A stretch of DNA of 64,000 nt from Selaginella moellendorffii (GCF_000143415.4 NW_003314267.1:482908-546907), one strand, 5' to 3'; positions 51,101-61,468 are shown, numbered from the stretch's first letter. Notes: generated from the letters alone by a model not told the origin. Made by a program: numbers and translations.

Positions 51101-51329
51101 ATATTGTTGAAGTTAGAGCTAAAGTTGGAGCTAGACCTAGTGAATTTGGCACCGACACTAGCATGACATCTCCACTTGAACTAGAAGAGGACAAGAGGAT
51201 AACGACTGACTCTTGCTTCACATTCACTTTGGCTGGAGCGCATTTTGGCATTTTGACTGGAGATCCAAACACTCGAATCTCCTTTAATTTGGAATTTTGT
51301 AAATCCCATTGTTGTCCACCCTCGCCCAT
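48156..51329 (-). pseudogene. Spliced MULE-superfamily transposase (GCM-like Zn domain + DDE core + SWIM) with premature stops; start uncertain
   Basis: GCM-like CCGHLDC..C..CRFC..CKAKMY..AAVHVGTHMHP. Core VHFDH, FRGFMADGAGANWNG, RTCEFHWAQS (CxxH) and NLSESKH. SWIM FPSCTCPDF..PCKHMYYIF. Short GT-AG introns. Confidence 0.85.
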
Positions 51330-52327
51330 ACTAGAAAGAAGAAACTCCAAGTATGCAACTATATTAGTGTTGTTGCGAATCACAGCCTCTAAAGAAATAG
51401 AGCCAAGATGAAGATCAAAACACTGACATAAAAAATTTCAGAAACAATACTCTAAGAGAATGAAAGAGGTGGGTGATCTCGAAAATGAAGAAGAAACCTC
51501 TCCATCCTTCTTAATAAGTTTTGGAGTTCTCTCTCTTTATGCTACTTGTAAAAATCTATAGTGAAACATAATTGAAATTTAAATAGAGTAATAAGAAGAC
51601 AATGTACAAAATGAATTTAAATTCTATAGAAAATTTAATATGTGTAAGTGTGACAATATTAATATTACTGTCATCTATTATGATGTTTGATGCATGTATA
51701 CACATAGATCCAAGGAAAGATTTTCAGCACGTGAAGTTTGATAGTTAATAATGATACCAGTAATGACATTCTGCTATAACGTGTCAAACCAAGAGATCCA
51801 ATCTAACTATCAGCACATTTGATATATCAAGTTGTCAGATTTTAAGTGGTAGATGATAATAAATCTTGTCAAATCTTATTCTTCAATGATAGATTTGATT
51901 CGTAGTACAACTCAAGTTTTATCCATAATTGTGAACACTGCTCAATGACATTTAAAGCATGTGCCTATTGTTTAGGATCTAATACAACACAAAATAAATT
52001 TCTGGATGAGGATTCATCCATTCATAGATGGATATAGTACAACATATTTTAATATGCCTTATTTATACTCTTTAAAGTTCTTGTAACGATCCAAAATATG
52101 TACAAAATATTGATGAGAATGCATCCTTTCTAGATAATTTGTAAAATATAATATCATATCTCTAATAACAGAAACATTGATAGGTGCTAGTTATACCATT
52201 ATTAAAATATACAAAATAAAGAAGAATAATTTACATATAATAATAATGATAAGATAAAATAAGATCAAAGATATTATGATGGTTGAGATTTAGGTTATTC
52301 GGAATGAACGGCCAGGATTAGAGATTG

Positions 52328-52672
52328 GTTAGGGTTAGGGCAGCTGTCAGGATTAGGGTTAGGGTAGCTGCCAAGATTAGGTTACTGTTCACACCGTGAG
52401 TGGAGCGCACGAGAGATCAAGAGATTGAGCGTGAATGAGATCGAGGGATTGAGCGCGAAGGAGATCGAGCGATTGAGCGCGCAAGAGATCGAGAGATTGA
52501 GATTGAGAGATTGAGCGCATGAGCGGGAGAGATTGAGCGCGCGAGTGGGAGAGTTTGAGCTCGCGAGCCAGAGAGATTTAGCGCGCAAGCAGGAGAGATT
52601 GAGTGCGCGAGCAGGAGAGATTGAGTGCGTGAGCAGGAGAGATTGAGTGCGCGAGCGGGAGAGATTGAGCAC
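52328..52672 (+). repeat. TTAGGG-containing repeats followed by a degenerate ~22-bp tandem array upstream of the ParB-MTase ATG
   Basis: attagggttagggcagctg-like units at 52328-52384; about ten units of (a/g)ggagagattgag(c/t)gcgcgagc at ~52410-52672. Confidence 0.85.
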
Positions 52673-52799
52673 ACAAGAAATCCAGCACGATCAAGAAATC
52701 GAAGGAGGAAAGATGCCACCAAGGGTGAGTTTCGATTTGATTGCTTCCACTTCCATTTTTTGATTCCATTGCTTCCCTTTTATTTTCTTGATTGCTTCT

Positions 52800-54090
52800 T
52801 TGTTGCCCAAGGTGGCTGGCCCGAACTCGATCTTGGGCAGTTTTGCTCACGAAGGTTATTAAAAACCTCGGCCCCTCGGCAAGCAAAACTGCCCGAGGTT
52901 GAGCTTGGGCCGGGCACCTTAGGCAGTTTTGCTTGCCTAGGGGCAGAGGTTATTTGAATAAACTTGGCCCCTCGGCAAGCAAAACTGCCCGAGGTCGAGC
53001 TCGGGCCAGGCACCTCGGCAGTTATGCTGCAAGAAGAAGTGNNNNNNNNNNNNNNNNNNNNNNNNNNNNNNNNNNNNNNNNNNNNNNNNNNNNNNNNNNN
53101 NNNNNNNNNNNNNNNNNNNNNNNNNNNNNNNNNNNNNNNNNNNNNNNNNNNNNNNNNNNNNNNNNNNNNNNNNNNNNNNNNNNNNNNNNNNNNNNNNNNN
53201 NNNNNNNNNNNNNNNNNNNNNNNNNNNNNNNNNNNNNNNNNNNNNNNNNNNNNNNNNNNNNNNNNNNNNNNNNNNNNNNNNNNNNNNNNNNNNNNNNNNN
53301 NNNNNNNNNNNNNNNNNNNNNNNNNNNNNNNNNNNNNNNNNNNNNNNNNNNNNNNNNNNNNNNNNNNNNNNNNNNNNNNNNNNNNNNNNNNNNNNNNNNN
53401 NNNNNNNNNNNNNNNNNNNNNNNNNNNNNNNNNNNNNNNNNNNNNNNNNNNNNNNNNNNNNNNNNNNNNNNNNNNNNNNNNNNNNNNNNNNNNNNNNNNN
53501 NNNNNNNNNNNNNNNNNNNNNNNNNNNNNNNNNNNNNNNNNNNNNNNNNNNNNNNNNNNNNNNNNNNNNNNNNNNNNNNNNNNNNNNNNNNNNNNNNNNN
53601 NNNNNNNNNNNNNNNNNNNNNNNNNNNNNNNNNNNNNNNNNNNNNNNNNNNNNNNNNNNNNNNNNNNNNNNNNNNNNNNNNNNNNNNNNNNNNNNNNNNN
53701 NNNNNNNNNNNNNNNNNNNNNNNNNNNNNNNNNNNNNNNNNNNNNNNNNNNNNNNNNNNNNNNNNNNNNNNNNNNNNNNNNNNNNNNNNNNNNNNNNNNN
53801 NNNNNNNNNNNNNNNNNNNNNNNNNNNNNNNNNNNNNNNNNNNNNNNNNNNNNNAGGCACTTTGGCTGCCCAGGGGGCCGAGGTTATTCAAATAACCTCA
53901 GCCCCTCCAGCCCCTAAAGTGCCCGAGGTCAAGCTCGGGCCAGCCACCTCAGGCACTTCAGTGGCCGCCTAGGCAACCAAAGTGCCCGAGGTGGCCGGCC
54001 TAAGCTTGACCTCAGGCAGTTTGGCCACTCGAGGGGCCGAGGTTATTTGAATAACCTTGGCCCCTTGGGCAACAAAAGTGCCTGAGGTGG
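52800..54090. repeat. Intronic tandem array of GC-rich palindromes (~96-bp period) spanning the assembly gap
   Basis: For example 52922-52989: ggcagttttgcttgcc..gaggttatt-tg-aataa..ggcaagcaaaactgcc. Related palindromes centred on GAGGTTATT..AATAACCT lie at ~53855-53930 and ~54014-54088. Confidence 0.9.
53042..53854. other. Assembly gap (N run)
   Basis: 813 N bases. Confidence 1.
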
Positions 54091-56435
54091 AGTCTAGGCC
54101 CATTTGATTTTTTTTTCTCTTTGACTGTTTGAATTTCTCATTATCTTTATTTAGTTTGACTAAAAATTTTTTTTCTCTTGCAGAAAAGGAAAATTGTAAC
54201 ACATAAAAAGTTTGTTGGAGCCAAGAAGACACGAGAAGTTCAATTCGGCACTAACGACAACATCATGAACGACATGTCCATTGGCACAACAGAGACACAT
54301 TTAGTTAGAGATTCACCACCTCCACCACCATCACCTCCACCATCACCACTTCCACCACCGCCATCGCCACCGCCACCACCACCATTGCCACCACCACTGC
54401 CACTATTACCTTTGCCCTCACCACCAATGCAAATCCCTGAAGTTGGGCAATCTAGTGGTGTTCACGATAGGGAACCTGAGGAACAGCCTGGAGCTGAAAG
54501 AGTTGCAGACCTTCCTGACAATGTGGTGGATAAACGCTTCCAAGAGACTATTATGCGGACAAGGGAAAAAGCAGTTCACCAAACACTTGAGGCACTCAAG
54601 TGGCCAGGCCCTTGTGATTTGATCAGAGAAATCCCCTTTTGCCATTTGCAGCAGACGAACCTTGTCCGCACAGCATCCAAGTATGTCAACCCGGATATAT
54701 ACAGCTTATTCAAACAGAAGGGCCTTGCAACAAATATCAGTATGTTTCTAGTCTCTTTTTGCAAGCCAGGAACAACGAAGATCATTACTATCACACTCGA
54801 GATTGTGAATAGCTGGGATCCTATTTGGAGGAGGAAGTCCCTAGAATTTGATGACATGCTTATCAGACATCCTAAGACTCGACAGCTTGCGGGGACAATG
54901 TTCCAAATTATTGACGGTAACCATCGATATGAAGCTTGGATGAAGTGTATCGATGATCATTTTCGCGATGATCCCGTCTACCATATCAACGTTCCAGTCA
55001 GCCATGTCTGCGCGAGGGAACCTTTGGATGTCAACAGACTTATATTAGCCTGCCAAAAGATCAATGCGTAAGTTTTATAGTTTTACCTCTAACTCCACTT
55101 TAACTTGTTTTGTTGTGTTTAAATGTAGGCTTGGGCAGTTCGCTATTCAAAAAAAAAACCTTGTCCATGACATTGAGCAACTTCGACTTTTGGTAGACTT
55201 GAGTGAGGATGACATTTGCCAACATTATGATGATGATCTCGCAACACTTGTTTGGCACTCATGCACTCGAAATGACGGTACAACTTGGTTCAACAACCCA
55301 ATCAGTTTTATGCTCACTGTGTGGTGTAAAGTATGTCTTTCCCTTTTATTTTATAAAAGCCTCTTTTAATTGTTTTGGTTTTTAGCCTTTGGTGAAGGTC
55401 AAGCAAGATGCTTACGAACTTGCATATCCGGAGAAGAGTTGGGAAGAGCTCTCAGCTAAGTTTGTACAAATTGAGCACAAAATTTAACATGCAAAGTCCT
55501 CAAAGTTGAAGAAACTAGTATGCATTGCAGACAATCGCAGGCCGAAGGAGTGGCTAGAGACTATAGCCGAAATTTCTTCTCATGAATGTAAGTTTCTTAT
55601 CACACTTCATTTTTCTTAATTATACATATGTTACTTTTGCAGTGAACAAAACTCCAGATGACATGATTTACAATATCGCAAAATTGAAGCTTCCATATAA
55701 GCAACAGATAGAGACTCTAGAGTTCCTCAATGTCTGCTTGATGAATAGAGAGAAAGGACTGCCAGAACTATTTGAGAACATGATAAGAAGGGTTGTCTAC
55801 ATCACGCAAACTATAAGTGAAGGTTAGAAGTTCTTAGCGCCACACATTGGTGACAATCCAGATGGCACATTCATGTCTTTCGACACCTACATCAACACGT
55901 CATTGGAAGGGATCAAAGAGGGGTGGCTGCCAGAGAAGTCTACAAGCACAACAACTTATGATTGCCAACATAGTCAACCTTATTTCATGCGACATACAAC
56001 TTATAGGTATAATATGATTTCTAAGACTGTTTTTTAATATATATTGTTTATAGGTATCTTCGATATAGAGGCATGCCATTTGAGGCACCAATTTGCACTC
56101 GACTTGTTGCAAAGGGTGTAAGGGATGGAGTAATATACCCAACAATGTTTGCGAGAGTTCCGAAGGCACAGAAGATAGAATACCCTTGGGAGTTAGAGCT
56201 CCTAGGGAAGGAGACCTCTACACTAGTCGTGAGGAAATTATCAATGCTAGCAACGATGGCAATGCAGTGACAATGGAGATGAGGATGAAGAAGCTCCAGA
56301 TCAAGTTCGTGTTCCATCACCAGACAGTTAGGAATAGGCTCCAATTCAACCATCAAACAACCAAGATCCGGATCAGGTTCTACCAGTAAATAACGATGAT
56401 CAAGTGATTCATAGAATATCACGTCGACCTCGAGG

Positions 56436-56723
56436 ATGCTTTATTTCGTTAAAGTGGGATTTATTCAGTAAAGTGGGACATTAATTAGCATGTGTCCACA
56501 TGCCATTTCCTAGTATTTAATTAATATTTATTAATATTTCTATCAGTTTTTTAATTTATTTTTTTATATTTCACAATATTATAACACAAAATCATATGAA
56601 AAGTTTTTAATTTATAAATTATAAAGTTAAAACTTCAATTTTTTATTGTTGTTATAAAAATGGCATGTGGCCACACACCATAAATGGGATAATGAAAAGT
56701 CCCACTTTAACGAAATAAAGCAT
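56436..56723. mobile_element. 288-bp MITE with perfect 24-bp TIRs and a probable 4-bp TSD (GAGG)
   Basis: ATGCTTTATTTCGTTAAAGTGGGA ... TCCCACTTTAACGAAATAAAGCAT, with GAGG on both sides; removing it restores an in-phase splice donor (CGA G|GTAAAA). Confidence 0.9.
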
Positions 56724-58299
56724 GAGGTAAAAAAAAGTGAATTTTACAAAATAAAGGTGGTAATACATGTTTTTTGCAGCAATGACTGTTGGTAGTAATT
56801 TCATTCCAGCTCGACGAGATGCTCATGAAGAGGAGTTGGAGGAACTCTCATCGACAACACGCCATATGACGGTATCATACTATTTACTACTTTTTTCATT
56901 CACTTAGCTCTTTTATAGGTTCGTCCTATGTCGCCAATAACACAACGAGGCATTGTGGGTATCTTCATTAGCTCTTACAGTAGATTATTGACATCTTTCA
57001 TGGAAGACAACATCAACATGGATATATGGCATCAGTTAAACCGTTGGTGCCAAAAGATACAAATGCCCTTGCTCCCAGTTGCGGACTTCATTCTTTTCGA
57101 CTTTCTAGATGGTCTTTCAGATATCGATGAGAAAGTTGAGGATTGGAACTTTCTCACACTTGACCACTTGCACGATGCATTCTTATTGTCCGAAGCACTT
57201 ATGCTCAAAGCTAGCCATGTCGTCTTCATCCTACCAAATGACCCCAACTAGATGTATGAGCTTATGACGTGCACAGCAGAAGTTCATTTCAAGTCATTCT
57301 CTTTCGGGTGCATCATGAATCCTATTGGCATCGATACAAAGGGCGTCCAAGGGAAGCTTGAAAAAGTGAGTATGTATTTTATATTTTTATCTAATTTCTA
57401 AACATTTTTATTTTCCAGGTTATGATGTGGACCTATCATGCCTTCTACAGAAACACACATGATGGGTTTCGTGATAGCGAACATGCAGCACATGTTTTGC
57501 CTGGGTACGATAGTTCCACTAACATCATACCCAACTTTGTGGATGAGCAGATCCGCAACACGTTTCCAGGGTACTGATTCCGAACTCCATTGGCAATGCA
57601 AGTCTTGCTTGAGCTCTATTGCCCACCAGATGGTGTTGTGATTGATTGCACAGCAGGTAGCGGTTCTATGGTGGAGGTAGCACGTGATTCTAGTAGGTTG
57701 GTGTTTGCTATTGAAGAACATCATTTCTTCAAACGCCGGCTCAGAGGATTTTGTGAGTTGCCTTCAACCTCAAGGAGGTAAATTATGTTTATTAAAATTT
57801 CAATATATATTTCATTCTATTTTATAGATCACAGTCACCTGGAGTTTCTAGAATTAGAGGCTTTGGAAGTCTCCCTGACTATGCAAAAGCTATAGCTCAA
57901 CATATGCAAGGTGAATTTATCCCACAATACCAATATAGGAGGAAGTATAAAAGAAATCATTATGTTGATGATGAGGTAGAAGAAAGTTAATTGCATCCTT
58001 ACATAAAATGGAAAGCTTGTTATATGTTAGATGTCAGTGAAAGTGTCAGATGTCAGTAAAATTGTTAGATGTCAGTGTCAGTGTCAGATACCATAATTAT
58101 ATATTATCATTCTCACCTATCACCATCACTTTGTAGCGCTTGTGTGTTGCCATCTCCTCCTTCAACATTTTGTAAACAATTATATATGATATGATAGCAT
58201 CTTCTAGAATAAGGTATGTTACTTACAACTAATATCATTTTATTATATTTTTTCTTTTAATAGTGACAATACTATAGTATAGTAAAGTAATTCTAGATC

Positions 58300-58845
58300 T
58301 TACATTCCACTGTAGAGTGGCCTAAAAACCCCATATTTTGCACTAGCCAATGCAGTATTTCCCAAAGGGATATTGTTCCTCACCATAAAGCGATAGTGGG
58401 TATGTGTCTGTAACTCATTCTTGAATCTATTGTACATCCACACGTGCATATTTTCTAAACCTGCCGTTGGGCAATTCCTACACTGCTCAAGAAAAGTTTG
58501 TAAACCCATAGAGCCATTTGTCTTGTCCAAGGAAAAGTAGCATATTGGACACTGAATATAATAGTGTTCTGTGCTTTCAAGTAGTCCTGCCATGTCAGGA
58601 GCAAGATCTTGCAAAAACATGTGGCATTGCTCTTGAAGCGTTGGAGGCAATCCCTCTTTAGTAGCAAGATCCGGAATTTCACATATAGGGAGCTCTAGTT
58701 CAGCTTCACTAGAGCCCTCAGCAGAAAAAGGATTGTTATGTGGAGGTGAAGGTGGAATGTTGGTAGAACTTGGGGATGGAGGTGGAGATTGATATGAAAT
58801 GCTAGGGGGCCAAGTACGAGTAGCAATGAGTCTCCTTTGAGCCAT
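58300..58845 (-). CDS. Second transposon-borne protein with a related CPIC zinc finger (zf-XS-like)
   Basis: Open ORF MAQRRLIATR..Pro/Ser-rich..QCPICYFSLDKTNGSMGLQTFLEQCRNCPTAGLENMHVWMYNRF. Confidence 0.5.
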   Translation of the reverse strand: MAQRRLIATRTWPPSISYQSPPPSPSSTNIPPSPPHNNPFSAEGSSEAELELPICEIPDLATKEGLPPTLQEQCHMFLQDLAPDMAGLLESTEHYYIQCPICYFSLDKTNGSMGLQTFLEQCRNCPTAGLENMHVWMYNRFKNELQTHTHYRFMVRNNIPLGNTALASAKYGVFRPLYSGM

Positions 58846-58933
58846 TTCAATATAAACTTCAAAGGAGCTCAAGGAGAACAAAAAACCTACAATGATTATA
58901 ACTTTTCTAGATAGTTTATATACTAAGTTTTAG

Positions 58934-59025
58934 TCTTGGGAATGAGGTTTATTTATTATGACACTGACAATACTCAAATTCTTGGGAATGAGGTTTATTT
59001 ATTATGACATTGACAATACTCAAAT
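58934..59025. repeat. Tandem duplication of a 46-bp unit upstream of the zinc-finger ORF
   Basis: tcttgggaatgaggtttatttattatgaca(c/t)tgacaatactcaaat occurs twice. Confidence 0.9.
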
Positions 59026-59504
59026 TCTTTAAATGTTAGTCTTGGAAATGGGGCTTCATAATCATAGCTTTCTTGTAAACATAAGAGCTTCTAGAATTTT
59101 AGATTATCGTGTATACACATGCTCTATCATTATGATGAATCCTACTTTGTTACACATATATTCTTTTCTACACATGCCAAATGTCTAGGGAAATAAATTG
59201 CAAGGAAATATAAACTATATTATAGTGGCAGAGCACGTTGGCATGCTTCTATTCTCTCATGTGAGATTGCTTTTCAGTCTTGGAAATGTAGATAAAGTTG
59301 ATTCTTTGATGTGATATTACTTTTGAGTCTTTCAAAAGATTTTGATTTCTTTTATCATTATTTACAAACAATTCCCAAAAACTTTTAATGAGGATTCACA
59401 GCAAAATATACCTTAGTTTTATCATATGAGAGGATTGCAATATAGGTAAGCAATAGAGTTTTTAATATGAATTAATATGTAAATTACAAATGTCATAGAA
59501 AGTT

Positions 59505-59753
59505 TTATGGAGTAGATTTCTTGGTGCTTTCCGCTATACTGTTCATTTCTTCATTTCTCTTGCTTTGGACTATTGTTTCAAAAGTAACAAGAGCATTTTT
59601 ATCAATCGTGATAGTGGTCTCCACATTCCCAGATGGGTAATAAGGACCAAAAGTGTAATATGGAGATTGTGGTAGTGAAACAAAATTAACATTCTCACAA
59701 TCTTTTGCACTACAACTCTTACTCATAGATTTTGTATTTTCCTTGCTTCCCAT
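59505..59753 (-). CDS. Small hypothetical ORF (82 aa) inside the transposon
   Basis: ATG-initiated ORF in very AT-rich surroundings; shares P.SPYYTFG with the ORF at 9438-9650. Confidence 0.35.
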   Translation of the reverse strand: MGSKENTKSMSKSCSAKDCENVNFVSLPQSPYYTFGPYYPSGNVETTITIDKNALVTFETIVQSKRNEEMNSIAESTKKSTP

Positions 59754-60086
59754 CTTCTCAAGAACCCTAAAAAATCTTTTGAATGAAGGAATAGTATCTA
59801 CAACTGTAAAAGTATTCAAAATATTAAGTAGTCAAATCAAATATGACAGTTGTAATAGTTGTCATAATAAAATAATATAGTTTTATAAAAGATAGGTTCT
59901 CATGAACTTTGTCTTTTTTAAAAAATTCAATCTTATAGAAACTTTTAACTTAGATATTTACGTATTTTAATATTTTAAAGTTTGCTAGAACCTTCATTTG
60001 TTCAATTTAGATCTCCTTTATAATATTTCTTATTGACTATGTTGACTTGTGTTGAATTGAGCTCAACTCATGAACTCAACTCAACT

Positions 60087-61300
60087 TTGGACCATCCCCC
60101 TCCCTCGTTCCACTTTGAGTCAGCATTAGTATGCTCCCAATGTAGTGTGAACCTATGGAGCTGGTAGCTTGGGAAGTCAAAATGTCTTGTAGGACTGACC
60201 ATTGCTTGGTATATCTCATACTTGACTACCGCAACAGTCTTGTCCTCTAGCCATCGATGCATTGGCCAGCTAGGGTAGTTGTCAAGTGGGTCAAAAATTA
60301 CTTGTTCTAGATCAAGGTTCAGCTGTACTATCCATTCCCTCAAGTTGCTCCACCACCCTCCATTCCTTTCGTACATAAAGCTTATAGAGTTAATCATAAC
60401 TCTAGATACCAACTTATGTCAACGCAATGCTTTAATGAAGGTTATTGCCTATTTCCATGCAACAATCACCATGGGAAGAAGGCCATTTTCCAGGACAAGG
60501 ATTGGATAGGGGACACGCCAGACTTGCAGCTCTTGGTGTATGAACTAGGTTCAAGCATGTCCTATATGTAGCATGGGAGGCCTAGACCTGTAACTTCGAT
60601 GGTATAGAGGGAAATTAGTACCACCCTGGCTGCATAGAACGCTCATTTGGCCTTCCAACTGATGACTAGCATTGTTATGGAGTTTGCTTGGAGACTATAG
60701 TATGCCACTTATGCTTCCTGGACACTCCCAAGTGCCTCTTCGATGAAGAGCATAGCCTAAGTATTTACATATTAGCTTGCTCCCCATTGTAGAAGTATAT
60801 TCTTGGCATTGGGTTTCCATGTGTTTTGGAAATATTGATGTGCCGGCTTGTATGCAAAACTGGTGACAATATATCTAAATCTCATTCCATGATCACATGC
60901 GCTACACAAGAGCATTGTTTCCAAAACCCTACTTGGCTTTCATCGTGTTTAGTAAGGTGGGAGTATGACCTCACTTTTGTAAATGGGCACAATTCTCAAG
61001 ATTCTAGGAACCTTATGTGAAAGACTGTTGATGACTGGTGTAAGTATCCTATTGTTTATAAAAGTTCCACTGTCATCTTTGTTATGATCAAGCACTAAAA
61101 TTCAAAAAGGTCTAGGCCCTCTTCTTGAGATTCCTCATTAGTATTAAAATTAGGTTAGGGTTTAGGACTAGTTAATGGGGTGAGCTTTTTGAACCCAATA
61201 CATGTGTTCCAGGCAGCAGTGATCATGGAAGTGATTTCATGACAAGATTGCATGTGATCTGCAAAGAAAGAAGCAAGCTTTATAGATCAGTAACACCTTT
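60087..61300 (-). mobile_element. Highly decayed LINE (RT and downstream ORF2 region); left boundary set by the transposon insertion
   Basis: Fragmentary RT-like motifs (DDS near 61075, CKYLGY near 60755-60772) and the C-terminal LKVERGR motif at ~60100-60119; many stops. Confidence 0.55.
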
Positions 61301-61468
61301 ACCTCAAAAATCCAAATGCATTTCAAGTAGCAACTTAAACTTTTTGAAACTTAGTAGTGGGCAAGTGTCACTGACTGGCCTTTAGGGTTGATTAAATTCC
61401 TTACACCCTGAGCTTTCCCTTTGACTTATGTTGACCATATGGTCAACCTAATAATTCTCTCCCTGAAA

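Larger units (their letters stand above)
52713..57990 (+). pseudogene. Spliced gene for a ParB/Srx-like domain fused to a beta-class N4C/N6A DNA methyltransferase-like domain; disrupted by stops, frameshifts and a MITE
   Basis: Micro-exon ATG CCA CCA AGG|GTGAGT splices in frame to 54184 (MPPR|KRKIV). Poly-Pro tract. ParB signature FQIIDGNHRYEAW (54901-54939). Motif-IV position ADFILFDFLDG..WN (~57081-57150). Motif X/I/II RTPLAMQVLLELYCPPDGVVIDCTAGSGSMVEVARDSSRLVFAIEE (~57580-57720). Last exon ends NHYVDDEVEES* at 57990. Confidence 0.72.
47085..60086. mobile_element. ~13-kb Mutator-like (MULE) DNA transposon with multi-gene cargo, inserted into a LINE
   Basis: Subterminal inverted repeats 47117-47144 and 60055-60082 (26/28 identical); TTGG on both flanks (47081-47084, 60087-60090); the flanks rejoin into one LINE reading frame; internal MULE transposase. 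Confidence 0.75.

Noticed and set aside
52933-53917. Four ~300-aa ORFs in the ORF track
   Set aside because: Artefacts of translating through the N gap.
52800-54090. CRISPR-like appearance of regularly spaced palindromes
   Set aside because: The linkers are themselves repeated rather than unique spacers, there are no cas genes, and the context is a eukaryotic intron.
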